Shown: piece by piece, positions 18,663 through 30,003 of the stretch
How positions within the stretch are numbered: the stretch's first letter is position 1
Layout of the letters: each line of letters opens with the position of its first letter
Made by a program: the position numbers and the translations under genes
The notes under the pieces: generated by a model
Told to the model about the DNA's origin: nothing
Seen by the model: the letters and a program-made list of their open reading frames with translations, nothing else
Databases searched by the model: none
NCBI GenBank assembly: GCA_030586555.1
Contig: JAURAC010000002.1
Span: forward strand, 96,001-160,000
Length of the DNA: 64,000 nucleotides
Source of the DNA: Candidatus Subterrananammoxibius californiae
GTDB taxonomy: Bacteria > Planctomycetota > Brocadiia > Brocadiales > Subterrananammoxibiaceae
Direction of reading: 5' to 3'

Positions 18663-21044
18663 CTAAAACGTAGTTCCGCTTCCCATGTTGAAGCTGAGCG
18701 CCTGTGTATCATCACCCGGCTCTTTCATAAACGGGATACCATAATCCACTGCAATAACTGCTCGACCGAAGAACGGAATTACTATCCTGAAACCAAAACC
18801 AGCAGAGGCACGCATATTTGTAAGATTGAGGTCGCTTATTTCCTCGTCTGCTTTTCCGGTATCTACGAAGGTTACTACACGAAATATATCCTTATAAATG
18901 GGAATACTATACTCTGCTGACCCAAGTAAGAGTACGTTACCGCCTACTTGCTCATTATCTTCTATAGGGGAAACGCCTCTAAAACCAAACCCTCGTATAG
19001 ACCCATAACCTCCAGCGAAGTATCGTTCGAATATAGGAACGTCTTTAGACGGTGGTTCTGTACCTTGTACGCCAGTTGACTCTACAATACCAATAGTGCT
19101 GGAGATGGTTAAAATATGTTTACCCCAGTCAGGAAAATCAAAGACCGTAAAATACTTGCTTCCATAGATAGTTGACCTGGCTATGTTTACATCCATAGCA
19201 GTTGCTTCGAATGAAGCGCCAACTTCATACCCCTTAGTTGGCAAATAATAATTGTCTCTTTTATCGTATGTAAACCTTAGTTCGAGACCCAGCCTGTTAA
19301 ATTCACCCTCCGCACTTTTAACGGTAAAAGGCGCATCATCGGCAACGTTTGTTATTTTCATTAATTCGTAGCCAGGGGTGATTTTCAGCGTTAAATCCTT
19401 AAAAATCTCCTTTCCAACAGTAACCCTTCCACCCTTCCTGTCTTCATCGTAGCTTTCCCTGACCCTTTTATAAAGAAAGAAGTTTAACCCGAAGTTGTAA
19501 GTAGAATCAAATACGGCGGGGTTAAAGAAGGAAAATACAGCCTCCTGCCTGAATACACCGGGACTAAACCTTAGTGTCACTACATGACCTGCACCACGAA
19601 ATGCATTACCTGAAATAAAGTCATGGAAATTTTTTGGGAAATCGAGGACATCAAAATTTCTATCGGAATATGAAATATCACCAAATGGTCCTACGTTTGC
19701 CCCGTACCCGCCGCCAAACCTTAAAAGCCCCGTTTGTCCTTCCTTGACATCAAGCAGAATGTCAACATTATCCGGTCTTGGCCCAGACTCAAAGCTGATA
19801 CTCGTAGGCTCTCCTGACTGCACATCAAAGAAACCTGTGTTTAAAAGCCTTCGGTGTGCGTCACGAATTCGTTCAGTATCTATTCGGTCGCCAGGATAGA
19901 AATTCAACTCACGTCTTATTACGTTATCCTTTGTCCTATCATTCCCTGATATTTTTATCTTATTAATATAAAATCTGTCATTTTCCACTATATCATAGGT
20001 AATGTCTACTTTAGCCTTCTCAGGGGTAAAGAATCGTTTCGGCTCGACGTTTGCCTTTAAGAAACCCTGCCCGCCATAGAGGAATTTAATCTGCCTGGTG
20101 TCATCTTCGAACTTTTCCTTTAAGAACGGGTCGCCTTCTTTTAATTTCAAAAGTACTCTCAATTCACTACGTGAAAAGATTGTATTGCCCTTTATTGTAA
20201 TAATGTCAACATAGTACCTTTCCCCTTCATCTATGTGAAATGTAATAGTTATCTCTGTTTTATCTGCGCTATATTTTACTTCACCTCTTACAGCGGTATC
20301 CAGCCACCCCTCTTTGTTATAGTATTCCTTGAGTTTGTCAATATCGCTTTCAAATTCTTTACTTTTAAATTTTCCTGGAAAGAGTATAGAAGGAAACCGC
20401 CTTGCGCGTGACTTTATCTGTTTTTTGAGTTTTTTGCTCTTAACGGATTTATTACCATCAAATACTATCTTTGCGATACGGACCTTAGAACCTTCATTAA
20501 TGACAAATGTAACTACTGCGTCACCATCGGTAATCTTAACATCGCTTTTAATCTCGGCAAAATGATACCCCTTTTCGACATAAAGATTCTTAAGCTTGGC
20601 TTCATCCAGCTTTAAGAGATAATACTTTAAATATTCCTTTTCTTTCAGTTCTATTGCACCTTTAAGTTTTTTCTTTGATAGCTTTTTGTTGCCCTGGAAT
20701 ACTATTTCTTTAATTACTGCTCGTTCGGTTAAAAGGAAGATGAGTTTTAAGCCATCTTCAAAGTCTTCTAATTTTACCTCAATATTATCGAAAAACCCCA
20801 TTGCCCAGATTGCATCCACATCCTGGCTTACTATCTCCGGGCTATATACATCGCCTTCTTTAACCCTTGTAGCAGCCTTAATAGCGGCGGTGCTAATCCT
20901 CTTATTACCCCTGACCTCTATCTTTCGTATAATCTTGCCTTCTACTCCTTGAACATAAAGTGGCACATAGCAGATTATCGATAGGGCCATGATAAGAGTA
21001 ACAACTAAGCACCACTTCTGAAGGAGTACGTGGCGTACCTTCAT
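18663..21044 (-). CDS. bamA: outer membrane protein assembly factor
   Basis: POTRA repeats, SIRGF motif, C-terminal Phe. Confidence 0.95.
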   Translation of the reverse strand: MKVRHVLLQKWCLVVTLIMALSIICYVPLYVQGVEGKIIRKIEVRGNKRISTAAIKAATRVKEGDVYSPEIVSQDVDAIWAMGFFDNIEVKLEDFEDGLKLIFLLTERAVIKEIVFQGNKKLSKKKLKGAIELKEKEYLKYYLLKLDEAKLKNLYVEKGYHFAEIKSDVKITDGDAVVTFVINEGSKVRIAKIVFDGNKSVKSKKLKKQIKSRARRFPSILFPGKFKSKEFESDIDKLKEYYNKEGWLDTAVRGEVKYSADKTEITITFHIDEGERYYVDIITIKGNTIFSRSELRVLLKLKEGDPFLKEKFEDDTRQIKFLYGGQGFLKANVEPKRFFTPEKAKVDITYDIVENDRFYINKIKISGNDRTKDNVIRRELNFYPGDRIDTERIRDAHRRLLNTGFFDVQSGEPTSISFESGPRPDNVDILLDVKEGQTGLLRFGGGYGANVGPFGDISYSDRNFDVLDFPKNFHDFISGNAFRGAGHVVTLRFSPGVFRQEAVFSFFNPAVFDSTYNFGLNFFLYKRVRESYDEDRKGGRVTVGKEIFKDLTLKITPGYELMKITNVADDAPFTVKSAEGEFNRLGLELRFTYDKRDNYYLPTKGYEVGASFEATAMDVNIARSTIYGSKYFTVFDFPDWGKHILTISSTIGIVESTGVQGTEPPSKDVPIFERYFAGGYGSIRGFGFRGVSPIEDNEQVGGNVLLLGSAEYSIPIYKDIFRVVTFVDTGKADEEISDLNLTNMRASAGFGFRIVIPFFGRAVIAVDYGIPFMKEPGDDTQALSFNMGSGTTF

Positions 21045-21047
21045 TGA

Positions 21048-22391
21048 TTACCCTGGGTAGGCAAGACTCTCAAAACGCATGAACTCTTTTAAAAAGGTAA
21101 GTTTCACAGTACCAGTAGGACCATTCCTCTGCTTGGCAATAATAATTTCTGAAACACCGGGATTTTTCGCAGGTTTTTCCTCGGTGGCGTAATATTCCTC
21201 TCTGAATAGTAGCATGATTACATCCGCATCCTGCTCTATAGAGCCCGATTCGCGCAAATCAGACATCCTTGGTTTGTTGTCCTCTCTCGATTCTACAGCC
21301 CTGTTCAGTTGCGAGACGGCTATTATCGGTATCCCAAGTTCCCTGGCAAGAGACTTTAGACCGCGTGAAATAACAGAAATCTCTTGCTGCCTGTTTTCAG
21401 CTCTCGGGGCTTCCATAAGCTGCATATAATCAACAACTATAAACTGAATATCATGGCGGGACTTTAGCCTTCTTGCCTTTGCCTTCAACTCAAGGATGGA
21501 GAGCCCGGGAGTATCATCTATGTATATTTCTCCTTCTGAAAGCGTACCCATTGCAAGCGAAAGCTGGCTCCACTCATGGTCTTTAAGGAAACCCCTTCGC
21601 AAACTATGTGCATTAATCCTTGCACATGAGCAAAGCATATTTTGCGCTATCTGATTTGAAGACATTTCTAAGGAAAATAGCACAACAGGTTTGTTTTCTA
21701 CAATGCCAATGTGTTGCAAAATGTTTAAGGCAAGACTTGTTTTACCCATACTCGGTCTGCCAGCCACAATTATTAATTCTGATGGCTGCAGCCCGCATGT
21801 CATATCATCAAGGTCTGCATAACCAGTAGATAGACCGGTAAGCCTGCCCTTCTTATCGTGATATTTTTCTATCTGATCAAAGACTGGTTTGAGAATTTCA
21901 CTCAGTTCGGTTGAGGGGGCAGAGATTTTTCTCTTGCCAACTTCAAAAACCAAACTTTCTGCCTTATCGAGTAATGTATCAGAATCGTACGCTTCTTCGT
22001 AAGAGTCTTTTTGTATCTTTACGGCCGCATCAATCAAGCTTCTTTTTACAGCCTTTTCCTGAACAATCCGCGCATAGTATTCTATATTTGCAGCAGTGGG
22101 TACGGATTCCTCCAAATCCAATAAATACTCTATACCGCCAACCTTCTCCAGCAGTGAGCGCTTATTAAGCTCTTCTTTCAAAATGACCGGATCAACCGCC
22201 CTGTTTCTATCATAAAGGTCAACAATCGTTTGAAAGAGCTCCTGATGTGCCGTCTTGTAGAAACTATCCCTGGAGAGCATTTGCACTGCAAGATTAACCG
22301 TGTCATTATCGAGTAACATTGAACCAAGCACACCAACCTCAGCATCAATATTTTGTGGTGGTGTTCGTTCTAATAATAGCTCAGCACTCAT
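21048..22391 (-). CDS. dnaB: replicative DNA helicase
   Basis: AGRPSMGKT, SQLNR, DLRESGSIEQDAD, KQRNGPTG. Confidence 0.97.
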   Translation of the reverse strand: MSAELLLERTPPQNIDAEVGVLGSMLLDNDTVNLAVQMLSRDSFYKTAHQELFQTIVDLYDRNRAVDPVILKEELNKRSLLEKVGGIEYLLDLEESVPTAANIEYYARIVQEKAVKRSLIDAAVKIQKDSYEEAYDSDTLLDKAESLVFEVGKRKISAPSTELSEILKPVFDQIEKYHDKKGRLTGLSTGYADLDDMTCGLQPSELIIVAGRPSMGKTSLALNILQHIGIVENKPVVLFSLEMSSNQIAQNMLCSCARINAHSLRRGFLKDHEWSQLSLAMGTLSEGEIYIDDTPGLSILELKAKARRLKSRHDIQFIVVDYMQLMEAPRAENRQQEISVISRGLKSLARELGIPIIAVSQLNRAVESREDNKPRMSDLRESGSIEQDADVIMLLFREEYYATEEKPAKNPGVSEIIIAKQRNGPTGTVKLTFLKEFMRFESLAYPG

Positions 22392-22462
22392 GTCCCAACC
22401 TCCATCATTTTAGTTCATAGTTCATAGTTAATAGCCATAAGCTATCAGCTACGAGCCATGAG

Positions 22463-22939
22463 CTACGAGCTTTTTATCTCCGTGCCAGCCTCCTCACTTT
22501 CCCTTATAACCCAAACCTTGCATTGGGTTTGTATTTCGGGATGAAGACTGATTGGCACATTATAAACATCGCATTGCTTGATAGGGCTTTCAAGCAAAAT
22601 CATTTCTTTTTCGATAGGATAGCCCTCTTTTTTAAGCATTTCAACAATCTGTTCTGCCGTTACTGAGCCAAATAGCCTTCCTTCTTCATTCGCCTTTGCA
22701 TTTATCGTGATAGAACATTCCGAAAGCTTCTCGGCAACCGCTTGGAGTTTTTCCTTTTCTTCTTTTACTTTTGTTTCATATTTTTTCTTTGCAATATCTA
22801 TCTGTTTTAAATTTGTTGGGTTAACCGTTGTTGCAAACCCTCTCGGCAATAGATAATTTCTTGCATACCCCTCAGCTACATTTACAACCTCACCCATTCT
22901 ACCAAGTTTTATAACATCCTTCTTTAGTAAAACATCCAT
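22463..22939 (-). CDS. rplI: 50S ribosomal protein L9
   Basis: GYARNYLLP, LFGSVT. Confidence 0.96.
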   Translation of the reverse strand: MDVLLKKDVIKLGRMGEVVNVAEGYARNYLLPRGFATTVNPTNLKQIDIAKKKYETKVKEEKEKLQAVAEKLSECSITINAKANEEGRLFGSVTAEQIVEMLKKEGYPIEKEMILLESPIKQCDVYNVPISLHPEIQTQCKVWVIRESEEAGTEIKSS

Positions 22940-22959
22940 AAATAGCACCTTCCCTCCGA

Positions 22960-22989
22960 GTAGAGACGAGAGCGCACTTGCGTCTCTAC
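22960..22989. repeat. GTAGAGACG REP palindrome
   Basis: Same family as the REPs around the RAYT gene. Confidence 0.75.
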
Positions 22990-22995
22990 GTAGTA

Positions 22996-23256
22996 TTACC
23001 CCACATAAGGCATTAAAGCCATAAATCTTGCCCTTTTTATTGCAATCTTAGCGAAGCGCTGATGGGTAGCGCAATTCCCGGAACGCTTTCTTGAGAATAG
23101 CTTACCCTGACCACTGGTAAGCTTTTGTAGATTTAGGATGTCTTTGTAGTCAATACCTTTCATAGTCATCTTGCAAAAGCGGCACTTTCGTACCTCTGTG
23201 TACCTTTTCTTCGCAGTAATTTGTTTCTTCTTCTTCTTACCAAATAACTTCTTCAT
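22996..23256 (-). CDS. rpsR: 30S ribosomal protein S18 (zinc-motif type)
   Basis: CRFC, IDYKD, CATHQR, AIKRARFMALMPY. Confidence 0.96.
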   Translation of the reverse strand: MKKLFGKKKKKQITAKKRYTEVRKCRFCKMTMKGIDYKDILNLQKLTSGQGKLFSRKRSGNCATHQRFAKIAIKRARFMALMPYVG

Positions 23257-23287
23257 GAAATACGCTCCGTTCTACATAATATTTTTA

Positions 23288-23728
23288 TCAAAATGGGATT
23301 TCGTCATCACTAACATCTTCCCTCACGACCTCTGGACCGGCTTCGACAGGTGCTATATCGCCCTGAGGGACTGCCTGCCGTTCTGACGAAGCCTTCACCC
23401 TGTCGCCTACAAACTGAAAGTCTTCGACCACTACACTTAACTTGTTCTGTTTTTGACCGTCTTTCGTTTCCCACTGACGAAACTGCAATCTCCCCTCAAT
23501 AAAGATTGGTTTGCCCTTACTAAAATATTTATTTATCACCTCAGCCCGCTTGCCAAAGATACTTACATCTACGAAACATGTTTCTTTCTTTTGCTCACCT
23601 TCGGGGCTATTCCATACTCTATTGACTGCAATTCCAAAACTTGCCACTGCCGCCCCATTAGGGGTATAACGCAGTTCAGGGTCTCTGGTAAGATTACCCA
23701 TTAAAAAAACCTTATTTAGGTTTCCCAT
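23288..23728 (-). CDS. ssb: single-stranded DNA-binding protein
   Basis: NKVFLMGNLTRDPELRYT; C-terminal DDEIPF. Confidence 0.97.
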   Translation of the reverse strand: MGNLNKVFLMGNLTRDPELRYTPNGAAVASFGIAVNRVWNSPEGEQKKETCFVDVSIFGKRAEVINKYFSKGKPIFIEGRLQFRQWETKDGQKQNKLSVVVEDFQFVGDRVKASSERQAVPQGDIAPVEAGPEVVREDVSDDEIPF

Positions 23729-23756
23729 ATATTAACCCTTGATTGCAGCAAAAGAT

Positions 23757-24173
23757 TTAAGAGATTTCTTCTATTTCAACTTCTTCTAACCCTTCAAAAA
23801 CAGTGGAAGGACCCTTTGTCTCGCTTTTTACGGTAGTTTCTTCTACTACCTCAGGGCGAAGAACTTCTAATCCAAGGTCCCTGATTATCAAACTCCGCAA
23901 TATAGTCTCTGATAGCAAGCAGTCCTGCTTTATGGGCGTAATTGCACCAGTGGGAGCGTTGAAACGAATAAGGAGATATGTACCCCGCTTTTGTCCCTTA
24001 ATTTTATAAGCAAGCTTTCTTTCTCCCCACTTTTCGGTAGAAACAACCTCCGCATTGTGTTTTTGTAATATTTCATGCACCTGCTTAATGACCGCATCCC
24101 AGTCTTTGTTAGCATAAGTATTATCTATTAGAAACATGCCTTCGTATTTTCTCGTAATATGTGGCGCAACCAC
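23757..24173 (-). CDS. rpsF: 30S ribosomal protein S6
   Basis: YEGMFL, WGERKLAYKI. Confidence 0.95.
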   Translation of the reverse strand: MVAPHITRKYEGMFLIDNTYANKDWDAVIKQVHEILQKHNAEVVSTEKWGERKLAYKIKGQKRGTYLLIRFNAPTGAITPIKQDCLLSETILRSLIIRDLGLEVLRPEVVEETTVKSETKGPSTVFEGLEEVEIEEIS

Positions 24174-24270
24174 TCTCTTTTCTTCCTCCTATCTATTTGG
24201 GAAATCTTGATAGCAAAAGCAAGTCAACCATACCAAAGGCGTGTGTGCATGCACTCGCTTTTGCCTTCTC

Positions 24271-24864
24271 CTAATTAAAAACGTTCATACAGCTCTCTAT
24301 ACCTGTGGTAACCCATGTATCAATAGCATGGCAGGCTTTATCAATTGCTTGATTAATAATTTCTTTTTCATCCTCAGTAAAATGAGTGAGGACGTATTCC
24401 TTTGCATCCTTAACTACGGGTTGGCCAATACCGATTCTCAATCTCGGGAATCCAGAGCCCACATAGTGCGCGATGGATTCAAGACCATTATGTCCACCAC
24501 TGCTGCCCTTTTCCCGTATCCGTATCTTTCCAACAGGAAGATTAAGGTCATCACAAACGACCATTATCCTATTCAGAGGGCAACCGTAGTATGCAACTAT
24601 TTTCCCCACTGATACACCACTAAGGTTGACGTATGTTTGAGGCTTTGAGATGAGAATTTTTTTTTCACCAATAAAGCCTTCACCAATAATAGCCTCAAAC
24701 TTCTTCTTGTTACAAGCTATTTCGCACTGCTCCGCCAACCTGTCTATCGTCATAAAACCAATATTGTGCCTGGTAGATATGTACTTTTTGCCAGGATTAC
24801 CCAGTCCAACAATAATCCTCAAATCCTGGCTAAAAGATTGGTTTAAATCGTTCTGAAATGCCAT
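24271..24864 (-). CDS. pth: peptidyl-tRNA hydrolase
   Basis: GLGNPG, TRHNIGF, GGHNGL. Confidence 0.96.
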   Translation of the reverse strand: MAFQNDLNQSFSQDLRIIVGLGNPGKKYISTRHNIGFMTIDRLAEQCEIACNKKKFEAIIGEGFIGEKKILISKPQTYVNLSGVSVGKIVAYYGCPLNRIMVVCDDLNLPVGKIRIREKGSSGGHNGLESIAHYVGSGFPRLRIGIGQPVVKDAKEYVLTHFTEDEKEIINQAIDKACHAIDTWVTTGIESCMNVFN

Positions 24865-24875
24865 GTTAAACCAGC

Positions 24876-25514
24876 TTATTTCCCCTCTTCTACCTCTTCC
24901 TCCTTTTCTACCTTTCTGGTAATTACCTCAGGCTCAGCCAGCGCCTCTTCTTCTGGCAATTTCTTTTCTTCCTCAGCCTTGCGGATAGTGACCACAATTC
25001 CCTCCGGGTCAGTCATCATTTTTGTATCCTCTGGAATCTTGACATCTTTGACAAAGATTGAACTTCCTAAGCCCAATTCTGTAACGTTCAGTCTTATTTT
25101 TTCAGGGATTGCCGTAGGCAGGCATTCTATCTTAACTTCCTTCATCTGGTGGTCTAATACGCCGCCGTCTTTAACCCCTGCGGCAAGGCCGTATAGTTCT
25201 ATGGGAATAGCCAATACCACACTCTTGTGAAGGTCAATGCGGGTAAAATCCACGTGCAGAATTTCCCTTCCGAATGGGTCATATTGAACGTCTTTGATGA
25301 GCACAGTTTCTGCTTTATCATCCCATTTTAAGTTCACCATTCGTGCCATAGAGCTAAGCGCTGCCTTTAGACCGGCGCCATTGAGGGTGAGCATTACATT
25401 CTCCCGCCCAAGCCCGTAAAGAACGCCCGGCACATTCCCACTTTTGCGCAAACGACGCATTAAACGGGTACCAGATTCGCTCCTTGGTAATGCCTGTAAA
25501 ATCAATGCCTCCAT
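24876..25514 (-). CDS. rplY: 50S ribosomal protein L25
   Basis: VPGVLYG, ILHVDF, GVKDGG. Confidence 0.95.
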   Translation of the reverse strand: MEALILQALPRSESGTRLMRRLRKSGNVPGVLYGLGRENVMLTLNGAGLKAALSSMARMVNLKWDDKAETVLIKDVQYDPFGREILHVDFTRIDLHKSVVLAIPIELYGLAAGVKDGGVLDHQMKEVKIECLPTAIPEKIRLNVTELGLGSSIFVKDVKIPEDTKMMTDPEGIVVTIRKAEEEKKLPEEEALAEPEVITRKVEKEEEVEEGK

Positions 25515-25536
25515 TTATCCCATTCCTTTCTTAAAA

Positions 25537-26541
25537 TTACATCAGACCAAACACCGGCTGAGTCTCAGGTGTTTCTGAAAACATAGAGCTCACCGATTCA
25601 TTAGTGTGAATCCTCCTGATAGCCTCTCCCAACAGCCCTGCGATTGAAAGAACTTTAATTTTGCTTCCAAGACCTTTACCTTTGCTATTTAAAGGGATTG
25701 AATCCGTTACGGCAATTTCCTTAATCGGTGCGGCTAATAACTTTTCCCCTGCAGAGCCGCAGAACACAGGGTGGGTTGCCCCAACATAAATATCCTTTGC
25801 CCCCTTATCTTTAAGGATTAATGCAGCCTGATAGATAGAACCCCCCGTTGCTATTAAGTCATCCAGGATTATTACGTTTTTATCCTTTACATCCCCAATA
25901 ATAAAGCCAATCTCCGTCTCTTCTGGTCCTGTCCTGCGTTTGTCAACAATAGCCAGTCTAACGTTGAGTTTCTTTGAATAAGCTCTGGCAATCTTTATCC
26001 CACCAACATCAGGCGTTACCACTACAAGGTCCGGCAAATTAAGATTTTGATAATAATTGCAAAGAACGGGAAACGCCAGGAGATGGTCAACAGGAACATC
26101 AAAAAAGCCCTGAATTTGTGCTGCATGAAGGTCTACAGTAAGCACCCTATCGGCACCCGCTTCAACTATAATATTGGCTACCAACTTTGCAGTAATTGGT
26201 ACCCTGCCCTCATCTTTTCTGTCCTTTCTTGCGTACCCATAATATGGCAGAACAGCAGTAATTCTGGCTGCCGATGCTCGCCTGAGGCAGTCCATAAACA
26301 TTAATAATTCTATCAAGTTCTCATTTACTGGCGGACATGTTGGCTGAATCAAAAATATGTCTACCCCACGAACATCTTCATTGACCTTCAAATCTATCTC
26401 TCCGTCCGGAAAACGCCCAACATAGGCATCGCCGAGAGGAATGGAAAGATATTCGCAAATCTTCTGCGCAAGGGGACGATTTGCATTTCCTGAAAATATC
26501 TTTATATTGTCCAACGATTCGAAGAATCTTTTTCTATCCAT
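25537..26541 (-). CDS. prs: ribose-phosphate pyrophosphokinase
   Basis: FPDGE, PYYGYARKDR, DLHAAQIQGFF, DDLIATGGS. Confidence 0.97.
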   Translation of the reverse strand: MDRKRFFESLDNIKIFSGNANRPLAQKICEYLSIPLGDAYVGRFPDGEIDLKVNEDVRGVDIFLIQPTCPPVNENLIELLMFMDCLRRASAARITAVLPYYGYARKDRKDEGRVPITAKLVANIIVEAGADRVLTVDLHAAQIQGFFDVPVDHLLAFPVLCNYYQNLNLPDLVVVTPDVGGIKIARAYSKKLNVRLAIVDKRRTGPEETEIGFIIGDVKDKNVIILDDLIATGGSIYQAALILKDKGAKDIYVGATHPVFCGSAGEKLLAAPIKEIAVTDSIPLNSKGKGLGSKIKVLSIAGLLGEAIRRIHTNESVSSMFSETPETQPVFGLM

Positions 26542-26581
26542 AATATTACCCCCCTGCCTTAAATTATGAATCGAACCTGCC

Positions 26582-27349
26582 TCAGGTGAGTTGCATCCTA
26601 AATGCTTTTTGATTTATTCCCACCCACCTCACTATTTCTGCAAGTTCCTTGAGTGTATTGACACCAAATATCTGCAAAGATTCCGAAATGCAGACTGTTT
26701 CTATCCTTTTGTTCATTGCGTGCAATACGGCTATCACATCTGTAAGATAATATTCCCCTTTTCTGTTTGTTGGCGCAACTGTGTCAAGTGCATCAAACAG
26801 TGCTTTTGCATTGAAGCAGTAAATGCCAGAATTTACCTCATTAATCTCCCTCTCCTCTTCTATTGCATCTACTTCCTCGATTATGCGTATTACCTTTCCT
26901 TCTTTATTCCTACAAATCCTGCCGTAACCCTGAGGATTATCAACTTTAGCGGTCAATATCGTACAATCAGCCCTATACTCATAATGACACTCAAGCAGGT
27001 TTCTGATAGTTTTAGCTTTAATAAGCGGCGCATCACCAGGAAGTACTACTATATTTCCTGAAAAGCCTCCAAGATAAACTCCGGCTGTTTTCACTGCATG
27101 ACCAGTACCGAGTTGCTCATGTTGGTCTATCCACTTAAGATTATTAAAACCTTTAAACGCATCTATAACCCTTTCACCTTGATACCCAACAACAACTAAA
27201 ATGCGGGAAATACCTGCGCCTCTGACTGCCGTTATAACCCATTCCAGAAGTGGTTTCCCGAAGATTTCATGTAGCACCTTTGGCTTATCAGACTTCATAC
27301 GTGTGCCCTTGCCAGCAGCCAGCACGATTGCCAGAGTTTCTTTCGTCAT
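26582..27349 (-). CDS. glmU: GlmU-like uridyltransferase (N-terminal domain only)
   Basis: LAAGKGTRMKS, QLGTGHAV, GEYYLTD; no hexapeptide acetyltransferase domain. Confidence 0.85.
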   Translation of the reverse strand: MTKETLAIVLAAGKGTRMKSDKPKVLHEIFGKPLLEWVITAVRGAGISRILVVVGYQGERVIDAFKGFNNLKWIDQHEQLGTGHAVKTAGVYLGGFSGNIVVLPGDAPLIKAKTIRNLLECHYEYRADCTILTAKVDNPQGYGRICRNKEGKVIRIIEEVDAIEEEREINEVNSGIYCFNAKALFDALDTVAPTNRKGEYYLTDVIAVLHAMNKRIETVCISESLQIFGVNTLKELAEIVRWVGINQKAFRMQLT

Positions 27350-27369
27350 ATAATCTTCTTAAAATCAGA

Positions 27370-27443
27370 TGGCTACCCGGGGAGGACTCGAACCTCCAAT
27401 GAGAGAACCAAAATCTCTAGTGTTACCATTACACTACCGGGTA
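27370..27443 (-). tRNA. tRNA-Gln (TTG)
   Basis: TACCCGG...AGAGA-TTTTGGT-TCTCT...GGTTCGAGTCC...CCGGGTAGCCA. Confidence 0.95.
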
Positions 27444-27450
27444 AACAAAA

Positions 27451-27525
27451 AAGATTACAGATTACAAATTGCAAATTACAGATTAAGAAGCATATTTTTT
27501 ATCTGTAATTTGTAATCTGTAGTCT
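27451..27525. repeat. inverted heptamer arrays (AGATTAC)n/(GTAATCT)n
   Basis: agattac agattac aaattgc aaattac ... atctgta atttgta atctgta. Confidence 0.75.
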
Positions 27526-29179
27526 AAATTAGCACCGCCCCTTTGTCAGCCGAACTCACGGCACTGGCGTATCGAGCAAGGTAGCCTTCCGTTACAACAG
27601 GGTTTGGAGGCGACCATTTCTTTCGGCGTTTATCAAGTTCAGACTCAGAAAGGACAACATCAAGCTTGCGGTTGGGTATATCAATAAGTATTTCGTCATT
27701 ATCCTTTACAAGCGCTATCGGCCCCCCAACCATCGCCTCTGGAGAAACATGCCCAATGCAAGGGCCCCTTGTGCCCCCTGAAAAGCGTCCATCAGTTATT
27801 AATGCGACTGAGTCTCCAAGCCCCATGCCCATAATTGCTGCGGTGGGCGAAAGCATCTCTCTCATCCCCGGTCCACCCTTGGGACCTTCGTATCTAATTA
27901 TTACCACCGTACCCTTGACAATTTCCTTATTCATTATTGCCTTCATGGCATGCTCTTCACGATTAAACACCTTTGCACGGCCTCGAAATAACATTGTTTC
28001 ATCTGACAGGGCGCTCTGCTTTACCACTGCGCCATCAGGAGCAAGTGAACCGTATAATACTGCTACACCGCCTTCCTTATGATTTGGATTCTCCTTTGTT
28101 CTTATAATTTCGTTGTCAAACACCTCAGCCTGCTTCGAAATCTCAGAAATTGTTAATCCTGATACCGTTAAACAATCATTGAGGCTATTTCCCAGTCGTT
28201 TCATTAATGCCGGCACGCCACCAGCGTAGTAGAAATCTTCAAGATAGTATTCGCCGCCCGGTAATAAACTCACCAGATGAGGTGTCCTTGCGCTTATTTT
28301 GTCAAAGAGCTTCAAATCTATTTCAAGCCCCGCCTCACTTGCTATTGCAGGGATATGAAGACAAGAGTTCGTTGAACCGCCAAGTGCCATGTCAATGGCT
28401 ATACCATTTTCAAATGCCTCCCTGGTCATTATCCTTCTTGCCGTAATATTATCTTTGACTAATTGAACGACCCTTTGGCCGCTTTTATAAGCAATCCTGT
28501 CCTTTTCGGCAGAAATGGCAAGGGTTGCAGCGCATTTGGGCAAGGACATACCCATGGCTTCAGATACACAAGCCATGGTGTTGGCAGTATAAAGCCCCTG
28601 ACACGACCCCGGTCCAGGACAAGCCTCTAATTCAAGGCATTCCATTTCCGCATCCGTTATTTCTCCCTTGAGCCGCCTCCCTACAGCCTCAAACGTGTCT
28701 TTGACCATCGAGAGCTTCTGCATCTTGTAACGGCCCGAAATCATAGGTCCTGCAGTAACAACGATACCAGGAATATCTATTCGGGCAAGACCCATGAGCA
28801 TTCCTGGGGTAATCTTATCGCAATTTGTGAGCAAGACAAGCCCATCGAGGCAGTGAGCATTCGTTACACACTCAATCATATCGGCAATCAGCTCCCGCGT
28901 TGCGAGCGAGTAGTACATGCCTTTATGACCCATGGCAATACCGTCACAAATACCCGGAATACCAAAGATAAAGCTTATGCCCCCTCCAGCATACACCCCC
29001 TTCTCGATGGCCGTTTCCAGCCGTCTCATGTGGGTATGGCCAGGGATTAGCTCGCTATAACTGCTTGCTATGCCAATAAAAGGCTTCCCTAAATCTTCCT
29101 TGCTAACACCGGTTGCATATAATAACGACCTGGCAGCCGCCCGTTCAAGCCCCTTTGTAATTGTTTCACTACGTAACAA
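27524..29179 (-). CDS. ilvD: dihydroxy-acid dehydratase
   Basis: [41 protein letters not shown]. Confidence 0.97.
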   Translation of the reverse strand: MLRSETITKGLERAAARSLLYATGVSKEDLGKPFIGIASSYSELIPGHTHMRRLETAIEKGVYAGGGISFIFGIPGICDGIAMGHKGMYYSLATRELIADMIECVTNAHCLDGLVLLTNCDKITPGMLMGLARIDIPGIVVTAGPMISGRYKMQKLSMVKDTFEAVGRRLKGEITDAEMECLELEACPGPGSCQGLYTANTMACVSEAMGMSLPKCAATLAISAEKDRIAYKSGQRVVQLVKDNITARRIMTREAFENGIAIDMALGGSTNSCLHIPAIASEAGLEIDLKLFDKISARTPHLVSLLPGGEYYLEDFYYAGGVPALMKRLGNSLNDCLTVSGLTISEISKQAEVFDNEIIRTKENPNHKEGGVAVLYGSLAPDGAVVKQSALSDETMLFRGRAKVFNREEHAMKAIMNKEIVKGTVVIIRYEGPKGGPGMREMLSPTAAIMGMGLGDSVALITDGRFSGGTRGPCIGHVSPEAMVGGPIALVKDNDEILIDIPNRKLDVVLSESELDKRRKKWSPPNPVVTEGYLARYASAVSSADKGAVLI

Positions 29180-29532
29180 TTTTTTTATTACTATCTTTTC
29201 AGCCTTGCTCGCATATTAGCAAGCAAAGTATGCAGATTCTCCCTTTCTACCTTCTATTATTAGCCTTATGTAAAAATCTTCGATAATGACTCTGCTTAGA
29301 AATTTCCTCAGTTGGCATGTTATCATACCACATAAATCAAGTCAAGGAAATTTTAGTTAGGGGCAAAAAGTAAGTTACTACCCAATGCTTTCAACATGGG
29401 CAAACCTGCCTGAGGCGGTAGTTGGCTCGCTTACTTTTTTCTCCTTGACTTTTAGCAGGCGTCATGCTGAAATAACTAAAATCTTATTTTAGACCTCTAT
29501 TCTATTTTCCCAATCACAAATACTTATTGTAA

Positions 29533-29988
29533 ATGGAAGACAAAAACAAATTCCTCAAAGACGCAGTATTAGTAAGTGGCTGTATTGTTGGCTTACATTG
29601 CAGATATAATGGTTCTTCCGATGTTAAAGAGGACGTGCTTAAGAGGCTGAAGGAAATTAACTTTGTTCCTTTGTGCCCGGAACAACTTGGCGGGCTTCCT
29701 ACGCCAAGGCCGAGGGCATGGATTTCTTCTGGTGACGGAAGTGACGTGCTCTCGGGATGTTCATCTATTATAACTGAGGATGGTAAAGACGTAACCGATA
29801 ATTATATTAGGGGCGCAAAAGAGGTAGAACTAATAGTAAAACTTTTGGGGATTAAATTTGCTTACATGAAAAACAAAAGTCCATCCTGCGGATTCGGTAA
29901 GATATGGCGAGGTGACACGCTGGTTGATGGCAATGGCGTGTGTGCCGCACTACTGGCACAGAATAATGTTGAAATTATACCTGTTTGA
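29533..29988 (+). CDS. DUF523 family (2-thiouracil desulfurase-like) protein
   Basis: VSGCIVG, CPEQLGGLPTPR, KSPSCG, GNGV. Confidence 0.9.
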   Translation: MEDKNKFLKDAVLVSGCIVGLHCRYNGSSDVKEDVLKRLKEINFVPLCPEQLGGLPTPRPRAWISSGDGSDVLSGCSSIITEDGKDVTDNYIRGAKEVELIVKLLGIKFAYMKNKSPSCGFGKIWRGDTLVDGNGVCAALLAQNNVEIIPV

Positions 29989-30003
29989 TTGGGAGGAGAA
30001 TAT

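Noticed and set aside
26582..27349. glmU as a truncated pseudogene
   Set aside because: Clean ORF with a complete uridyltransferase domain and no remnant of the second domain; single-domain forms exist
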